Source of the DNA: Azolla caroliniana
Lineage: Eukaryota; Plantae; Polypodiophyta
NCBI GenBank assembly: GCA_043228905.1
Contig: JBHGNT010000002.1
Location: 5,518,001 to 5,582,000 of the forward strand
Direction: 5' to 3'
DNA length: 64,000 nucleotides
The number at the start of each line of letters is the position of its first letter. The stretch's first letter is position 1. The translations under genes and the position numbers were made by a program. Below, one piece after another: positions 26,482 through 39,008 of this stretch. The notes below the pieces were generated by a model. It worked only from the letters and a program-made list of their open reading frames with translations. It did no database searches and was not told the DNA's origin.

Positions 26482-27023
26482 TGTCGTGAAGAAAACCGTC
26501 CACGAGCGGAATCGGTGCACCGGAGCGTAGAAACCGACTCTTCATGCACGTGCGACTTAAGGAGATCCTAGGTAGATTCGGTAGGCAGGGAGTAAAGGGG
26601 GAACGGCTCCTTCCTTGCCTATAAAAGGAGGGAGACGAGGAGGGTAGAGGAATCGCGGAGAGTCGAGGACGAAGTGTTGTCGGATTGGGCGCGAAGGCTT
26701 CTCTCTCTCTCTCTCTCTGGTTCGCAGAATCCATAGCTTCCTTCTGTGCAGGTTTCGGGAGGCTCGCGCTGCTCTGAGGAATGCCCGAGTGCTTCCGGCA
26801 GCACCTCTAACCTGTTCCTGTCTTTCTGTGCGTTTACGAACAGGCATCGGCATCTGTCCGCCGGCCTGTTCGGTTGTAACCGACTTCGCGTTTTGTTATC
26901 TTTGTGTTCTTGTTGTTTGTCTTGGCAATACATACATACTTTCGTGTCTTTCTGTGTGGTTGTCCCATTCGCGTCTTTGCGTCGAAGGGCCGTGTCCTTG
27001 TGAATCTACGCTCGCACGTAGTG

Positions 27024-27079
<56 letters not shown>

Positions 27080-27142
27080 TCTTCGGTACAGGACCCCCGA
27101 GGTCCCGCCTCACTCCACGCATCCGCGAGGAATACCTCGATA
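26482..27142 (+). repeat. 3' LTR of element C
   Basis: Starts TGTCGTGAAG after the PPT and is homologous to the reverse complement of 31987-32644. Confidence 0.9.
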
Positions 27143-28327
27143 GCGGTCCGTTTCATCTTTCCTCAGCCGCGCGCCGGCGAGGCCTTCCAGCATTGCCGAC
27201 CAGAAACCGTCTTTACTCTCCTTTCAGGCCTCGCTGCCCCCGACCTGAATACCGGCTGACGCCGAGTAGTGGATGGCCTCCACGTGTCGGGCCGCTGCCT
27301 CTTCCATCAGTCTCTTCATACCTCCTCGCCCGTCGTTTCGGCTCAGGGCCCTCCTGGTGTCGCCAGCGTGCACCCGGCCTTCCCATAGGTACACCACCCG
27401 GTTTCTCAATGCCTCTGCGAAATCGCCGCAGTCCTTCCGAATGTGGCCGACCTCATCGCACCACATGCACCTGTTCCCCGCTGCCGGCCGTCGGTCACGA
27501 GCCGGATCGCCGCCTTCCCTTCGATTCTGGGCGATCTGGAGATCCTTTATCGCCCGCGTTGTCGTAGTGTATTTTGTACACTACGTGAAAAACGTATATA
27601 GTATTAGATTCAATAAAAAATGAAGAAATAGAAGAAAATAGCAAAATAAATGGAACATGCATAGGGCAAGATTCGAACCTTGCACCTCCATGTTAATAAT
27701 GTAATGTCTTACCATTACACTAGCATTTCATTAGTGTTAAAGCATAGATGTCCCACATAGAAAGCTAAATTCACGCTAGGATAAACATTAGAAAAACGCA
27801 TAACAAAAGAAAAAGTTACACATACACATCTAGCATGCATGATAAAAAACGCACAAGTTAGAAAAAAAGCATGATCACTTTAGATAAAGCATATAGTCTA
27901 TCTATAGGAAAAGCATGGGGTCTATAGTTAGAGAAAAAGCATGGATTACTAAGACTTCCTCATCACTACATAAGGATGGGAAGCACAATGTAATTGTGTG
28001 TGAAAAATATTTGGAAACTGGATATGTTTCTAAAAAACACCAATTAATAAACTATACTCGTGTGATTCACGAGAATTCTATATCATTCTCTTTCAACCGA
28101 AGTTTATATTCTTATATTCATATTGATTAATCTAATACAATACACTCGTGGGATTCACGAGTTTGCTATAACTCTTTCTTACAACATATTTATATTCTTA
28201 TTAGCCTTAAAACTCTCCTCTTCCTAGTCCAAAACCTCAGTGGTTCCCACCCGACTCACGCAAACGATCCGGAGCCGAAAGGCACGACACAGTTGGTGAA
28301 CCCGACGTGAAGGCGGGTGGCAAGGAG

Positions 28328-29611
28328 ATGGAGAATCAACAAGAGGCGATGAACATGATGATGATAATGTTTGAGCGGATGCAACAAGAACAACGTGCGA
28401 TGTCGGAGATGAAGGCGGCAGTAGAGCGGCTTCTGCGACGAAACGGGGAATTCAACGGTAAGGGTGTGTCACGCTACCTACATGAATATAAGGCGGAGAT
28501 GATGCAATATCGGATACCGGAAGGATTGCAAGTGATATCCTTTAGTCGGGTGGCCTCGGACGAACTACAAGAGAGAATCCACAAGATACAACAACAAAAC
28601 TCGACATGGGAGTCCTTTGAAGAAGCTTTACGGGAGGCATATGACTATGAGAGATGGACGGGACGAGATCGACGAGAATTCGACGAATGGGTGGCGTCGG
28701 AGAAGACTCACCGAAGTGCAACGCAAGCGTTCCTAGAGTTCGAGCATCGTTTTGCTCGACTCTCGGAGCGGGAACGAAGATTGGTGGGAGAAGATAAAGT
28801 CTTAATGTTCGTAAGATCGATCGATCGAAAAGAAAGGATGGACATCGGGATCGAACTCGAAGATGATGACGGTGCGAACGGTCTTACCGAGGATTGGGCC
28901 AAAGTCGAAAGGGTATGCCGAAGACATGATGAAAGGAAGCTGAGAATCTCGTCAACAACGACATGGCCCATGAAGGATGGTCGATTGAGGAAAAACGATG
29001 AAGCCAATATGAAGGCCGAAATACAACATGATGGTACCACGGGAGAAAGAGTGGAACAAGACACCCACTCGTCTTGTGAAAGAACGATGGCGAAGGATAA
29101 GGCCGATAATTCAAGTGTAGAAGGAAATTTCGGGATACAAGTGCCCGAGACATCGGGTCAAAAAGGGGTAAGCATAATAGATGTTTGCATAATTGATGCA
29201 GATAAAGAGTGTGAAGCGGATGTGATTAAGGAGGTAGCCACAAAAGACGAAATCGAATCGGAGGTGGCTATGGACGAATCAATGGCGGATTGCCATATCG
29301 AGACTTCCCCACCACTGATTCCAGAGACTCCGGCGGTTGCGATCGAAAGGCAACGTGAGACCGAAGAGACGGAAGGTGGCGGAGAGAAAACGAATGTCGA
29401 AGCCGACGAATACGATGAAGAGATAGCCGAGAAGAATGCTAAGGGTGAAACTACGAAAGAAGGTAATACCGAGGATTCCTACCCACTAATCCTAGAGACT
29501 TCGGCAGTTGTGTCCGAGAACCAACGTGAGACCGGAGAGACGGGAGGTGGCAGCAAGAAAGGTAAAGTCGGAAGCCGGTTTGGATGGAAGGTGATCCGGA
29601 CGGGATTCTGA
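28328..29611 (+). CDS. Gag-like protein of element D with acidic C-terminal tail
   Basis: Open frame (longest start 28307, first ATG 28328). EFNGKGVSRYL, FEHRFARLS and NGLTEDWAKVERVC align by eye with C gag RFSGKDATKYL, FEERFARLS and DGLTTDWAAVKRVC. Confidence 0.8.
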   Translation: MENQQEAMNMMMIMFERMQQEQRAMSEMKAAVERLLRRNGEFNGKGVSRYLHEYKAEMMQYRIPEGLQVISFSRVASDELQERIHKIQQQNSTWESFEEALREAYDYERWTGRDRREFDEWVASEKTHRSATQAFLEFEHRFARLSERERRLVGEDKVLMFVRSIDRKERMDIGIELEDDDGANGLTEDWAKVERVCRRHDERKLRISSTTTWPMKDGRLRKNDEANMKAEIQHDGTTGERVEQDTHSSCERTMAKDKADNSSVEGNFGIQVPETSGQKGVSIIDVCIIDADKECEADVIKEVATKDEIESEVAMDESMADCHIETSPPLIPETPAVAIERQRETEETEGGGEKTNVEADEYDEEIAEKNAKGETTKEGNTEDSYPLILETSAVVSENQRETGETGGGSKKGKVGSRFGWKVIRTGF

Positions 29612-29830
29612 TCCGAAAGAAAGCCGAACCGGGTAAAAGACGATTTGGCCAAAAGACGAACCGAAAGAAAGCCGAACCGGGTGAAAGGGGATTCAACCGA
29701 AAGACGACCTGAAAGAAAGCCGAACCGGGTGAAAGGGGATTCAACCGAAAGACGACCCGAAAGAAAGCCGAACCGGGCGAATGAGGATTCGGCCGAAAGA
29801 CGACCCAAAAGAAAGCCGACCCGAAAAGGG
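29610..29830 (+). repeat. ~48-bp tandem repeat inside element D
   Basis: Repeated ccgaaagaaagccgaaccgggtgaaaggggattcaaccgaaagacga units. Confidence 0.85.
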
Positions 29831-32375
29831 GTCGACTCGGTCAAAACCGATCGACTGAGTCTGACTTGGCCGAACGCGAATATGGATGGAGGCCGACCTA
29901 GCCGAAAGCCGATCGGACGAGACCGATCCGGAAAGAAGCTAATCCGACTCAACCGGAGGTTGGACCGGTCGAGGCTGGTGAAAACGAGGAAAAGAAAGCC
30001 AACCGAAACCGAAACCGATAGATCGAAACTGGGCCGGAAGGAGACCGACTCAATCGAAACCGAACAACCGATTCCGATTCGTCCTAATATGAATCCGATC
30101 GGAAGCCGATCAAACCGAAAGTCGATCGGACGAGAGCGATCCGGAAAAAAGTCAAGGTTGATGAAGACAAGAAAGAGGCCAGTAAAAGACACTACCACGA
30201 ATGACAAGGGCCAAGAATATGACGAGAGAGAACAAAGAATATGGTGGATCGGATGGCGACAATGGTTCGGGTGGAAAGAATGGATGTGCTCCAAATGGAG
30301 AGACAAAGTCAACATAACAAGAGAAGTCGAGGGTACTACGAGCCGGCAACGAAACCAATCGGGTAGAGACCGGACGGAGGAGACTAACAAACACCAACAA
30401 CTTCGGCACATACCGGAGGATGTGCGGGTTTGGAGGGGGTGAGTGTCGTAGTGTATTTTGTACACTACGTGAAAAACGTATATAGTATTAGATTCAATAA
30501 AAAATGAAGAAATAGAAGAAAATAGCAAAATAAATGGAACATGCATAGGGCAAGATTCGAACCTTGCACCTCCATGTTAATAATGTAATGTCTTACCATT
30601 ACACTAGCATTTCATTAGTGTTAAAGCATAGATGTCCCACATAGAAAGCTAAATTCACGCTAGGATAAACATTAGAAAAACGCATAACAAAAGAAAAAGT
30701 TACACATACACATCTAGCATGCATGATAAAAAACGCACAAGTTAGAAAAAAAGCATGATCACTTTAGATAAAGCATATAGTCTATCTATAGGAAAAGCAT
30801 GGGGTCTATAGTTAGAGAAAAAGCATGGATTACTAAGACTTCCTCATCACTACATAAGGATGGGAAGCACAATGTAATTGTGTGTGAAAAATATTTGGAA
30901 ACTGGATATGTTTCTAAAAAACACCAATTAATAAACTATACTCGTGTGATTCACGAGAATTCTATATCATTCTCTTTCAACCGAAGTTTATATTCTTATA
31001 TTCATATTGATTAATCTAATACAATACACTCGTGGGATTCACGAGTTTGCTATAACTCTTTCTTACAACATATTTATATTCTTATTAGCCTTAAAACTCT
31101 CCTCTTCCTAGTCCAAAACCTCAGTGGTTCCCACCCGACTCACACAAACGATCCGGAGCCGAAAGGCACGACAGCGTCAACTCCTCTAGCGCTGCTCCTC
31201 CGGACGAGCCATTGACCATGCTGGTCGAAGCCGGACCGGTTTCGAGCCATTCCCGGGTTTCTTCCCTTCGCACTTGCGGTGCCGGTTCAAGCCTCCTTGC
31301 TGTAATAGAGCCCGCACCAGCCGCCCCGTTGTCAGCCCATTCTCGCCGTTTGTCGAAACGGCCACAGACTCTCTTAACCGCAGCCCAGTCGGTTGTCAGC
31401 CCGTCTTCAATTTCTAGCAAGGAGCCGACTTGATCCCGGTCCCGCTCGTCCACCGACTTGACGAACAGTAGGACCCGGCTCGTATCCAGAATGGTTCGGT
31501 CAAGCGCCGAAAGGCACGCAAAGCGTTCTTCGAACTCCCGGAGGAGTGCCGACGCGTTTCTTCCTTTGCCGGGGGACTCCACCCATTCCATGAAGTCCCG
31601 TTTCGAAAGCCGGAGCGCGTCGTCCAGCCCATATTTCTCTAGGAGTCGGCCTTCGAACTCCTCCCAGGTACGGCTCTCCGCCCGTACCTCGACCACCTCC
31701 GCATGGATGCTCGGCATCGCCACTCGAGGGAACCCGGCAAGACGTCTCTCTTCCGGAATGTCCCGCATCAGCATTTCCGCCCCGTAGGACGCCAAATACT
31801 TCGTAGCATCCTTTCCGCTGAAACGGCCGATCGTACCGACGACCGCCTCAATGGCTCTGTCGAGGGCACCGGTGCCCTCGCGTGTGCTCAATATCCGATC
31901 CATGGCCGAAGCCATGGCCTCTGCAAGATCCGACCCCCTCATCTTCTGCTCTTCTGCCGCCTCTTTCACGTCGGGTTCACCAGATATGTCGTGGTATTCC
32001 TCGCGGATGCGTGGAATGAGGCGGGACCTCGGGGGTCCTGTACCAAAGAGTAAGAGAGAAAGAGAAGAGACCCACTACGTGCGAGCGTAGATTCACAGGG
32101 ACACGGCCCTTCGACGCAAAGACGCGAATGGGACAGCGACACAGAAAGACACGAAAGTATGTATGTATTGACAAGACAAACAACAAGAACACGAGGACAA
32201 CAAACACGAAGTCGGTTACAACCGAACAGGCCGGCGAACAGATGCTGATACCTGCTCATAAACGCACAGAGGGGAAAGAGTAGGTTGGAGGTGCTGCAGG
32301 AAGCACTCGGGCATTCCTCAGAGCAGCGCGAGCCTCCCGAAACCTGCACAGAAGGAAGCTATGGCATTTGCAACC

Positions 32376-32412
<37 letters not shown>

Positions 32413-32676
32413 CCTTCGCACGCAACCCGACAGCACTTCGTCCTCGACTCTCCGCTATCCTCTCCTCTTTCGCGTCTCCCTCCTTTTTATAGGCAGGGAA
32501 GGAGCCGTTTTCCCCTTTACTTCCTACCTACCGAATCTGCCCGCCTAGGATCTCCTATGTACAACATAAGGCGCACGTGCATGAAGAGCCGGTTCCTACG
32601 CTCTGGTGCACCGATTCCGTTTGTGGACGGTTTTCTTCACGACAACGTAGTGGGCTATTAATAGGGTATTAAACCG

Positions 32677-35600
32677 TTGCCACATGGCACATCATTCTAT
32701 TCTAGTACACGACGTGCACACACGCGGGTAAGAAAAACAGGCGCCAACATGCAACAAGAAAACCCCCACCGCATAGAGGTCTTCACATTTCGCGAACAGA
32801 GGAGTGCAAACACAGACAGGCGACTAAAGATCATTAGACGTGAGCCCACGCACACAGAGCCTCCTCACACACATCCCTCACCAACGCTCACCGACCTCGA
32901 AGAAGCCATGGACTGCCAAGCACTCTCTGAAGCAGCCAAGAAGTGGCTAAGGCAACACGGGTTAGAAGGTTTCCTCACGATCATGGAGGCGCCACTGCAC
33001 CAGGAGGCGGAGAAGATAGTAAAGGAAATCGACACAGAGCTGATCACGGAGGAGGCCATCCATGCTTTGATTGGCCTTCCGAAGGGGGTCATCTTCACTA
33101 TCGACAACCCTACCCCAGAGCAGCTCCAAAAATATTTTGGCGAATACTCTCTGGCCAGCAAGGCCTACAGGACACAGGGTGGCGAAGATACATTATTTAG
33201 AGAGATTGCCCATGTGCTCCATGAATTTGGACATGTATACCCCCGACCCCCGTGCATGCCTCAGAACCGAGCCGGCTTATTCATAGCAACATATGAAGGC
33301 GTGAAGGTGGATTGGCTGGTACTGATTGCGGACGGCCTCTGTGCGGCCATCGACTCTATAAGAGGCAAGGAGGGTCGGAAAATATGGACTGTAGTGGCAC
33401 AATGGCTCACCCTATTGGCGCCACCTATCGAGCCTGTCAAGACCACGAAGCGGGGGAGAACGATCGAAGGCACCCCGAAAACGGCTTCGAAACGGCAACA
33501 GTCGTTGGCCTCTAAGGCACCCAAAGGGAAGGCGGCCAACACGGACAAGGCGGCAAAAGAGCGCGCCAATAGGAAGCGGCAGGCGGAAACGCAGGGAGAC
33601 ACCGGCACGGCCAATCAAGACTAGATTTCACCGACCGGTTCAACAAGAGTCGGACCCCTTGGTAGCAAAAATCAATATCGGGACTCAAGAGGAGGAAGCT
33701 GAGGAGGAACCGTTAGAGCACCTCTAGCTGCACCAGAAGGCAAACACCGCAGAACAGGCCGGGGAGCTTTCGGACCCAAAGAAGAATGGAACGCCTCTAC
33801 TCCGCACTGAGCATCCTGCACCAAGGGTGGAACCGGAACCGGTTTGGACAGAACCGGTCACAGAGCTCCCTGCACAACAAGCTATACCGGCGGGTCAGGA
33901 TACGGCAAGACCCGAAATTCAAGCGCCGGCAGTACAGTTGCCTCCCGCACCGGCAGGTCAAGAGCAATCAAAGGTGGAGCGGCCAACAAAGGTGCAACCG
34001 GAACCAGAACGGCAAAGTGGTCACCAACCAGAGACAAAGTTGCAACTCGACGCAACCGGACAAGACCGACCACTGGCTAGCGGAACCAATAGCCAACCCT
34101 CCGTGCAGACGCAACAACAGGGCACCGACAGCCAATGGCTCCGATGGATTGGAGAACAGATTGCCGGAGTGGTGCACTACATAGAGGAGGAAGAGAAAGC
34201 GCAGATGGACCGGTTGCTAGTCACAGCCGGAGAACTAGAGACGGCCCGTTCGAGAATCCGGAGCCTAGAGCAAGACTTGGACCTGGACACAGAAGAATTG
34301 GCCAAAATGGCCTTAACCAGACCACAGATCCAAGCACTGGTGACTCCGGTAGATGTACAGAATAAAGACACACCAGCACCTGTGCATAGTAATAAGACCC
34401 CGGAGACGGAACCAGTCCCAGAGACAGTGGCGGCGCAAGCGAAAGAGCTGGCCGAATTGAAAGATGAACTGGCCGCACAAGAAGCATTACGCACCCGAGA
34501 AAGGGACTTGAAGAAAGCGGCAAAAGAAGAACTACAAAAGACTGCTGAGAACCTCCGCTGGGCAGAAGTGAATCTGCGGAAAGGACATCAGGCATATGAC
34601 CGGCTTAAGGAGGAGAAAGAGAAAGTGCTGCAAGAAAAGGATAAGCTACGATGGATGGCGGAAACGGACATTGAAAGACTTAAAGAAGCACTCCGTCAAC
34701 AGAAAGATCGGGAAGACCGTGCTCGCCGGCAACTCAACCAGAAGCTGAAGTAGAAGACCGATGATTTTGAGCACCTACACCGGGACTATAAGCACCTGGA
34801 TACGGAGCATAAGAAGCAACAGGAGAAGATGGCAAAGCTCTAGCAGGAAGTTCATCGAGCCGAGACAGCGCTAGCTAAAGAACGGGCTGAAAGAACAATG
34901 CTACTGGAGGAAGCCGCGCAGGAACGTATGGAGCTCCTAAGCAGCATTATGAAGAAAAGGAAAGAGTGACAATGGTATTACAGAGGTTGCAGAACACCTA
35001 CCAAAACCAATTGTCACATTACCGGGAGCAGGAGGCGGACACGGTGAAGCTGATCAAGCAATTGAAGGAAGAACGGCAAGCCGCGGAGAACAAATCGAAG
35101 ATGGGACTTGAGTGTATCCAGTTCATTGTCCATGCATGGAGGAACAAGACAAAACGCTTGATTGACGAAAGCTCCGCACAATGGTGGGACAAATGGGCAA
35201 AGCACATAACCGAGCTCCAGTTGCTAAGGGTGGCTACGGAAAACCGGCAGAAGGATGGCGACGACTGCTACATGCTAACAAAGGAGGACTTCACCGCCGT
35301 AAGAGATGAGTTAGCATAAGATTTTGTAACTCTGACGGAGGAATAGTCAGTAGTGGTCCGGCAACTGGTAGCACAACTAGATGATGATCGACTGGATGCT
35401 CAAATCCAGTTTGAAAGCTATGAGTGGACTAGGCTACGGCAAGAAGAAGCAAGGCAAGCGGCGACCGTCAACCTCAGTGATGAGGAGCCATCGCCGGGGC
35501 AAGGACCAGACGGAGACAAAGCCAAGGCAAGTCAACCAGAGTCAAATCCGGCAGAGCAGCTGACAGAGGAATCACCACCACAACCACCGGTACCGAGAGC

Positions 35601-35748
35601 CGAACAGATGCCACCCAAGGAGCAACAATCGGAGGAGCCGGAGCCGGAGCAACAGCAACCACAGCCACAACCGCAATAACAACAAATTCCCAAAGAACCA
35701 TTGGACACCCTGGAGCAGAGTATTATGGATATCTTGGACGAAGGCTAA
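32677..35748 (+). pseudogene. Disrupted extra ORF of an LTR retrotransposon 3' region (N-terminal globular domain plus long coiled coil)
   Basis: Colinear ORFs 32677-33624, 33827-34753, 34966-35319 and 35353-35679 end just before a PPT and LTR. No gag or pol motifs. Confidence 0.6.
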
Positions 35749-35848
35749 GGGCCGGATAGTGGGATTCGACGTACAAGGTACTATCCCACGGGCGTACCTT
35801 GTGTTACCCGACCGGCAAAGGAGTGAAAGACCAAAATGTGAGAGGGAT

Positions 35849-36244
35849 TGTTTATTCGGAATCTATATTAATTAAGTAGTTTATGAGACGTGAACAGACG
35901 GACCGGAATCGGTATGCCGATCCGGATCCAGTCCAGTTCCAAGCAGGTGCCGATTGGCACCATTTTGTACTCATCACCGGTGACCTATATAAAGGCCCGG
36001 TTACAATCTAAAACTTTGACGAATAATTAATAGAGCTTCTTGTTTTATCTTTAAGTGTTGATTACCATTCTGTGTTAATTGTTCTATCATACGCGTGTAT
36101 CAAGTCTAATGTCATATTGCTAAGTAACCAATTAAAGTCTGATTAATCGTTGAGTCTTAAGTTATCTCGCCGTAACACCCCTTTGGTGAAGTGTCTTCCG
36201 TAGACACCCTGTGTTAGGCCATTGTCCGGCCCTAAGGAATAACA
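35849..36244 (+). repeat. 3' LTR of element H
   Basis: Follows purine tract gtgagagggat. Termini TGTTTATTC...GAATAACA. TATA at ~35986. Directly abuts copia E protease sequence. Confidence 0.7.
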
Positions 36245-37821
36245 CTCCGACTTGCACAATCGGGTGAGGGGTGTCGTCTCCGGTTTCGACGATTCCCAGT
36301 TGTTTCGGTTTCTCCAAAAACGAGAACCACTCTTCGTGGCTCGTAATGTGGTTTGACGCTCCGGAATCAACACACCATACTTCCTCCGATTTGGAAGTAG
36401 TCTTCTTCATCAAGTTAGCCTTGTGCTTCATCACAAAGGTTGACCCCTTTCCGGTTTTCCCGGTTCCAAATCCTTCCGATCCTTCTATGTAGTGCAAGTT
36501 TTGCTAGTTTCCCTGTCCGGCCTTGCCGGATCCGGATTTGTCCGAATCGGCGTGCTTCTTCCAGCACTAGCATTCTCTGTGGCCTTTCTTGCCACAATAC
36601 CAGCATTCCGTGTCGGCCTTCCCTTGCCGGTTTTTACGGCTATTTTGACTCCACTTGCTCGTGGAGGGTCCGGAACTGCTGTTGACACTATCTCGGTGCC
36701 TTCGATTATACTCTTTCCGGCCGCCTCCATTGTGTGTTGACCCACCTTATCCTCCATGTGCAAGGGGTCGGCCCGCCTCCGTGTACAACATCCGGTTGTC
36801 CGATTGAGTGGTCCTCAACCCACTTGCGTGGTTTTATTCCACCATCAACATTGATTGTAAGTCGAAGAAGGACAGTGGCTTCTCCCGGGTGCAAATTGCC
36901 GTCCGGATTGGCCCGTACCGTTGTGTTAGATCACAAAGGCAGATTCGGACCATTTCGTCTTCGTCCACCATCACATTGATGGGCCCGAGTGCATCACAAA
37001 TCTCCATTATTTTGGTGGTGTACTCCATAACCAACATATCTCTCTATCGGTTGTTGTTCAGCTCTTGCCTGAGCTGCAACTTACGGGTTGTGGTACTTGC
37101 GATGAAAATCCTCCGAAGATTTTCCCGTGCCTCCTTCGGCATTTTTGCATCCTTGATGTAGTTGAGCATTTGATCGTGCACACAGGATGCGAGGTAGTAC
37201 AACACTCTGCTCGCTCCTTGTTCCCATGCTGGGAAGTCCTTGTGTGCCGGCTCCGGCGCTACATTGTTCATTACTGGTGCATTTTATATGACTAGGATGC
37301 ATAGTTGCTTCGATCGAGCTTTTCTGTGGGAAGCGAACTTGTCATACCTCTGTCCATCTTGGTTCTCTTCTGTTCTTCACCGAGTGTTAGGGTTTGTCTT
37401 CGAAAGCGTCTATAGGCTGCAGAGGAGTCTCAACCCTCGCGCTCTGATACCATGTGAAAGTTAATGTGCGGAAGCGTATGACAAACCGGCTCAACCGAAT
37501 ACCAACAAAACGTAGAGAAGAAGGTTTAATGGAGATCTTACACAGAGAATACATGGGAGAGACAGAGAGAGCAAAACATAAACTCAATTCAAAATGATAA
37601 TACACTCTGTACATAGAATGTGCTCAGAGAGAACTTTTATACAAGTCCATAAAGGAGTGACAGGTACTTCAATGCTCATCCGAGCGACTGGCACTGACTC
37701 CCAAAATTGTGCCTACGTACTAGGCTAGATTTGTAGGCTTCTAACGGCCTCCCGGTTTCAATCCGATCCGGCTCTGGCTTATTCAGCCGATCCGAATCCA
37801 GTTTAGCTTGCTTAGTCAACA
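36245..37821 (-). mobile_element. Element E: 5' part of a Ty1/copia (5' LTR, Met PBS, gag-PR), same family as G
   Basis: LTR 37453-37821. PBS TGGTATCAGAGC at 37441-37452. Gag TRKLQLRQEL and protease WCVDSGAS. Confidence 0.88.
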
Positions 37822-39005
37822 TCTCCCTAAGAGGATATCTTCTTCCTTGGTCCTCAATCACCAGTTCCTCCGTTTTTCTTCATCTGAATCTGATTCAAGG
37901 TCTTGATCGGTTCCAGTGTCTGATTCTTGTTCGGTTGGTCTGGTTCTTTGTCTGAATCCGACCGGTTCATCATGGTCTTCGGTTGGCATCCGTCTTCCAA
38001 CTGGATGTGTCCTAGCATCTTCCAATCGTTCTCTGTTGGTTGATCCGGAGTCCGATATCTTCTTCTTCAACTCCCAATAGGCAATAGTCTTGTCTTCCAT
38101 GAAGACTATGTCATGACTCTAGAAGACCTTCTTGTTGACCAAGTCCCACACTCGGTAGCCGAACTCATCATCGTCGTATCCAAGGAATATGCATGGTTGG
38201 GACTTCGGATCCAACTTTGCTCTCTTGTCCTTTGCGACATGCACGTAAGTGAGACAACCGAACACCTTCAGATGTTGGTAAGACAAGTCTTTACCAATCC
38301 ATACTCTCTGTGGTGTGTCTCCTTCCAAGGGTGCTAAGGGTGATTTGTTTATCACATAGGTCGTTGTCATAAGTGCCTCAACCCAAAACATCTTTGGTAA
38401 CTTTGCATGTGCTAGCATGCTCCATACTCTCTCCATTATGTTCTGGTTCATCCTTTCGGCCAATCCATTGAGCTCTGGTGTCTTCAGTACGGTGAATTCG
38501 AGCCAGATTCCCTTCGACCGGCAGTACACCTCGAACTGCCCCCAATATTCTCCTCCGTTGTCCGCTTGAACTGCCTTCAGCTTCCGGCCGGTTTCCCTTC
38601 CCACTCTCATGTGGAAGTCCTTCGTCTTCAGCAGTGAGACCCACAGCTTCTGGTTGTTATCGTCTATGAATGTCATGAAGTACTGTGATCCGGCATGGGA
38701 CTTCATGTCCACTTGGTATACATCGATATGCACAAGTTCCAGCGGTGCATTCCGTCTCATCGGTGGTCTCGATCGGAAAGAGGTTTGCTTTTGCTTATCA
38801 ACCAAGCAATCGGTGCACTTCTCAAGATACACGTCTTTCACCTCTAGAATGAGGTTATCTTCGGCAAGTCTTCTCATCCCTTTCTGGCTCATGTGGCACA
38901 ACCTCTTGTGCCATAGCTCACCAGCATTTTCAGACGCCATGTTCACTTCTTCCTGGCAAATCTGGGCATATAGAGTGTTGATCTTCCGCATATGATTTCC
39001 CGATT
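37822..39005 (-). pseudogene. Ty1/copia integrase fragment (Tork/Tnt1-like)
   Basis: LWHKRLCHMS, LELVHID, DNGGEY, NGLAERMN and CIFLGY. Confidence 0.88.
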
Positions 39006-39008
39006 GAT

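Larger units (their letters stand above)
21004..27142 (+). mobile_element. Element C: GC-rich non-chromovirus Ty3/gypsy (Ylt1/Phygy/Selgy-like); 5' end lost in the gap
   Basis: gag with CMWCDEVGHIRKDC, protease LVDHGSEIN, RT LPQGGTNS/FLDD, RH, IN and no chromodomain. PPT ggtgggggcgga. 3' LTR at 26482-27142. Confidence 0.9.
27560..31173 (+). mobile_element. Element D: gag-only (TR-GAG-like) non-autonomous LTR retrotransposon
   Basis: Two 730-bp LTRs (27560-28289 and 30444-31173), near-identical. 4-bp TSD GCGT. tRNA-Trp PBS at 28294-28311. PPT ggagggggtgag. No pol motifs. Confidence 0.92.
27143..32644 (-). mobile_element. Element C': second C-family copy (5' LTR, tRNA-Trp PBS, gag), interrupted by D and by C
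   Basis: 5' LTR 31987-32644. PBS TGGTGAACCCGACGTGAA at 31965-31982. gag at 31174-31969 continues at 27143-27559 and is near-identical to C gag. Confidence 0.9.

Noticed and set aside
23022-27623. Many overlapping and antisense ORFs
   Set aside because: Shadow frames of GC-rich pol and LTR sequence, with no motifs.
27663-27724. Functional tRNA genes in LTRs
   Set aside because: A and B boxes are present, but acceptor and anticodon stems do not pair convincingly. Reported as tRNA-like cassettes only.
21004-32644. Bacterial contamination or a large inverted-repeat (DIRS-like) element
   Set aside because: The GC-rich DNA is clear gypsy gag-pol with a DDE integrase. The inversion is explained by C inserting antisense into C'.
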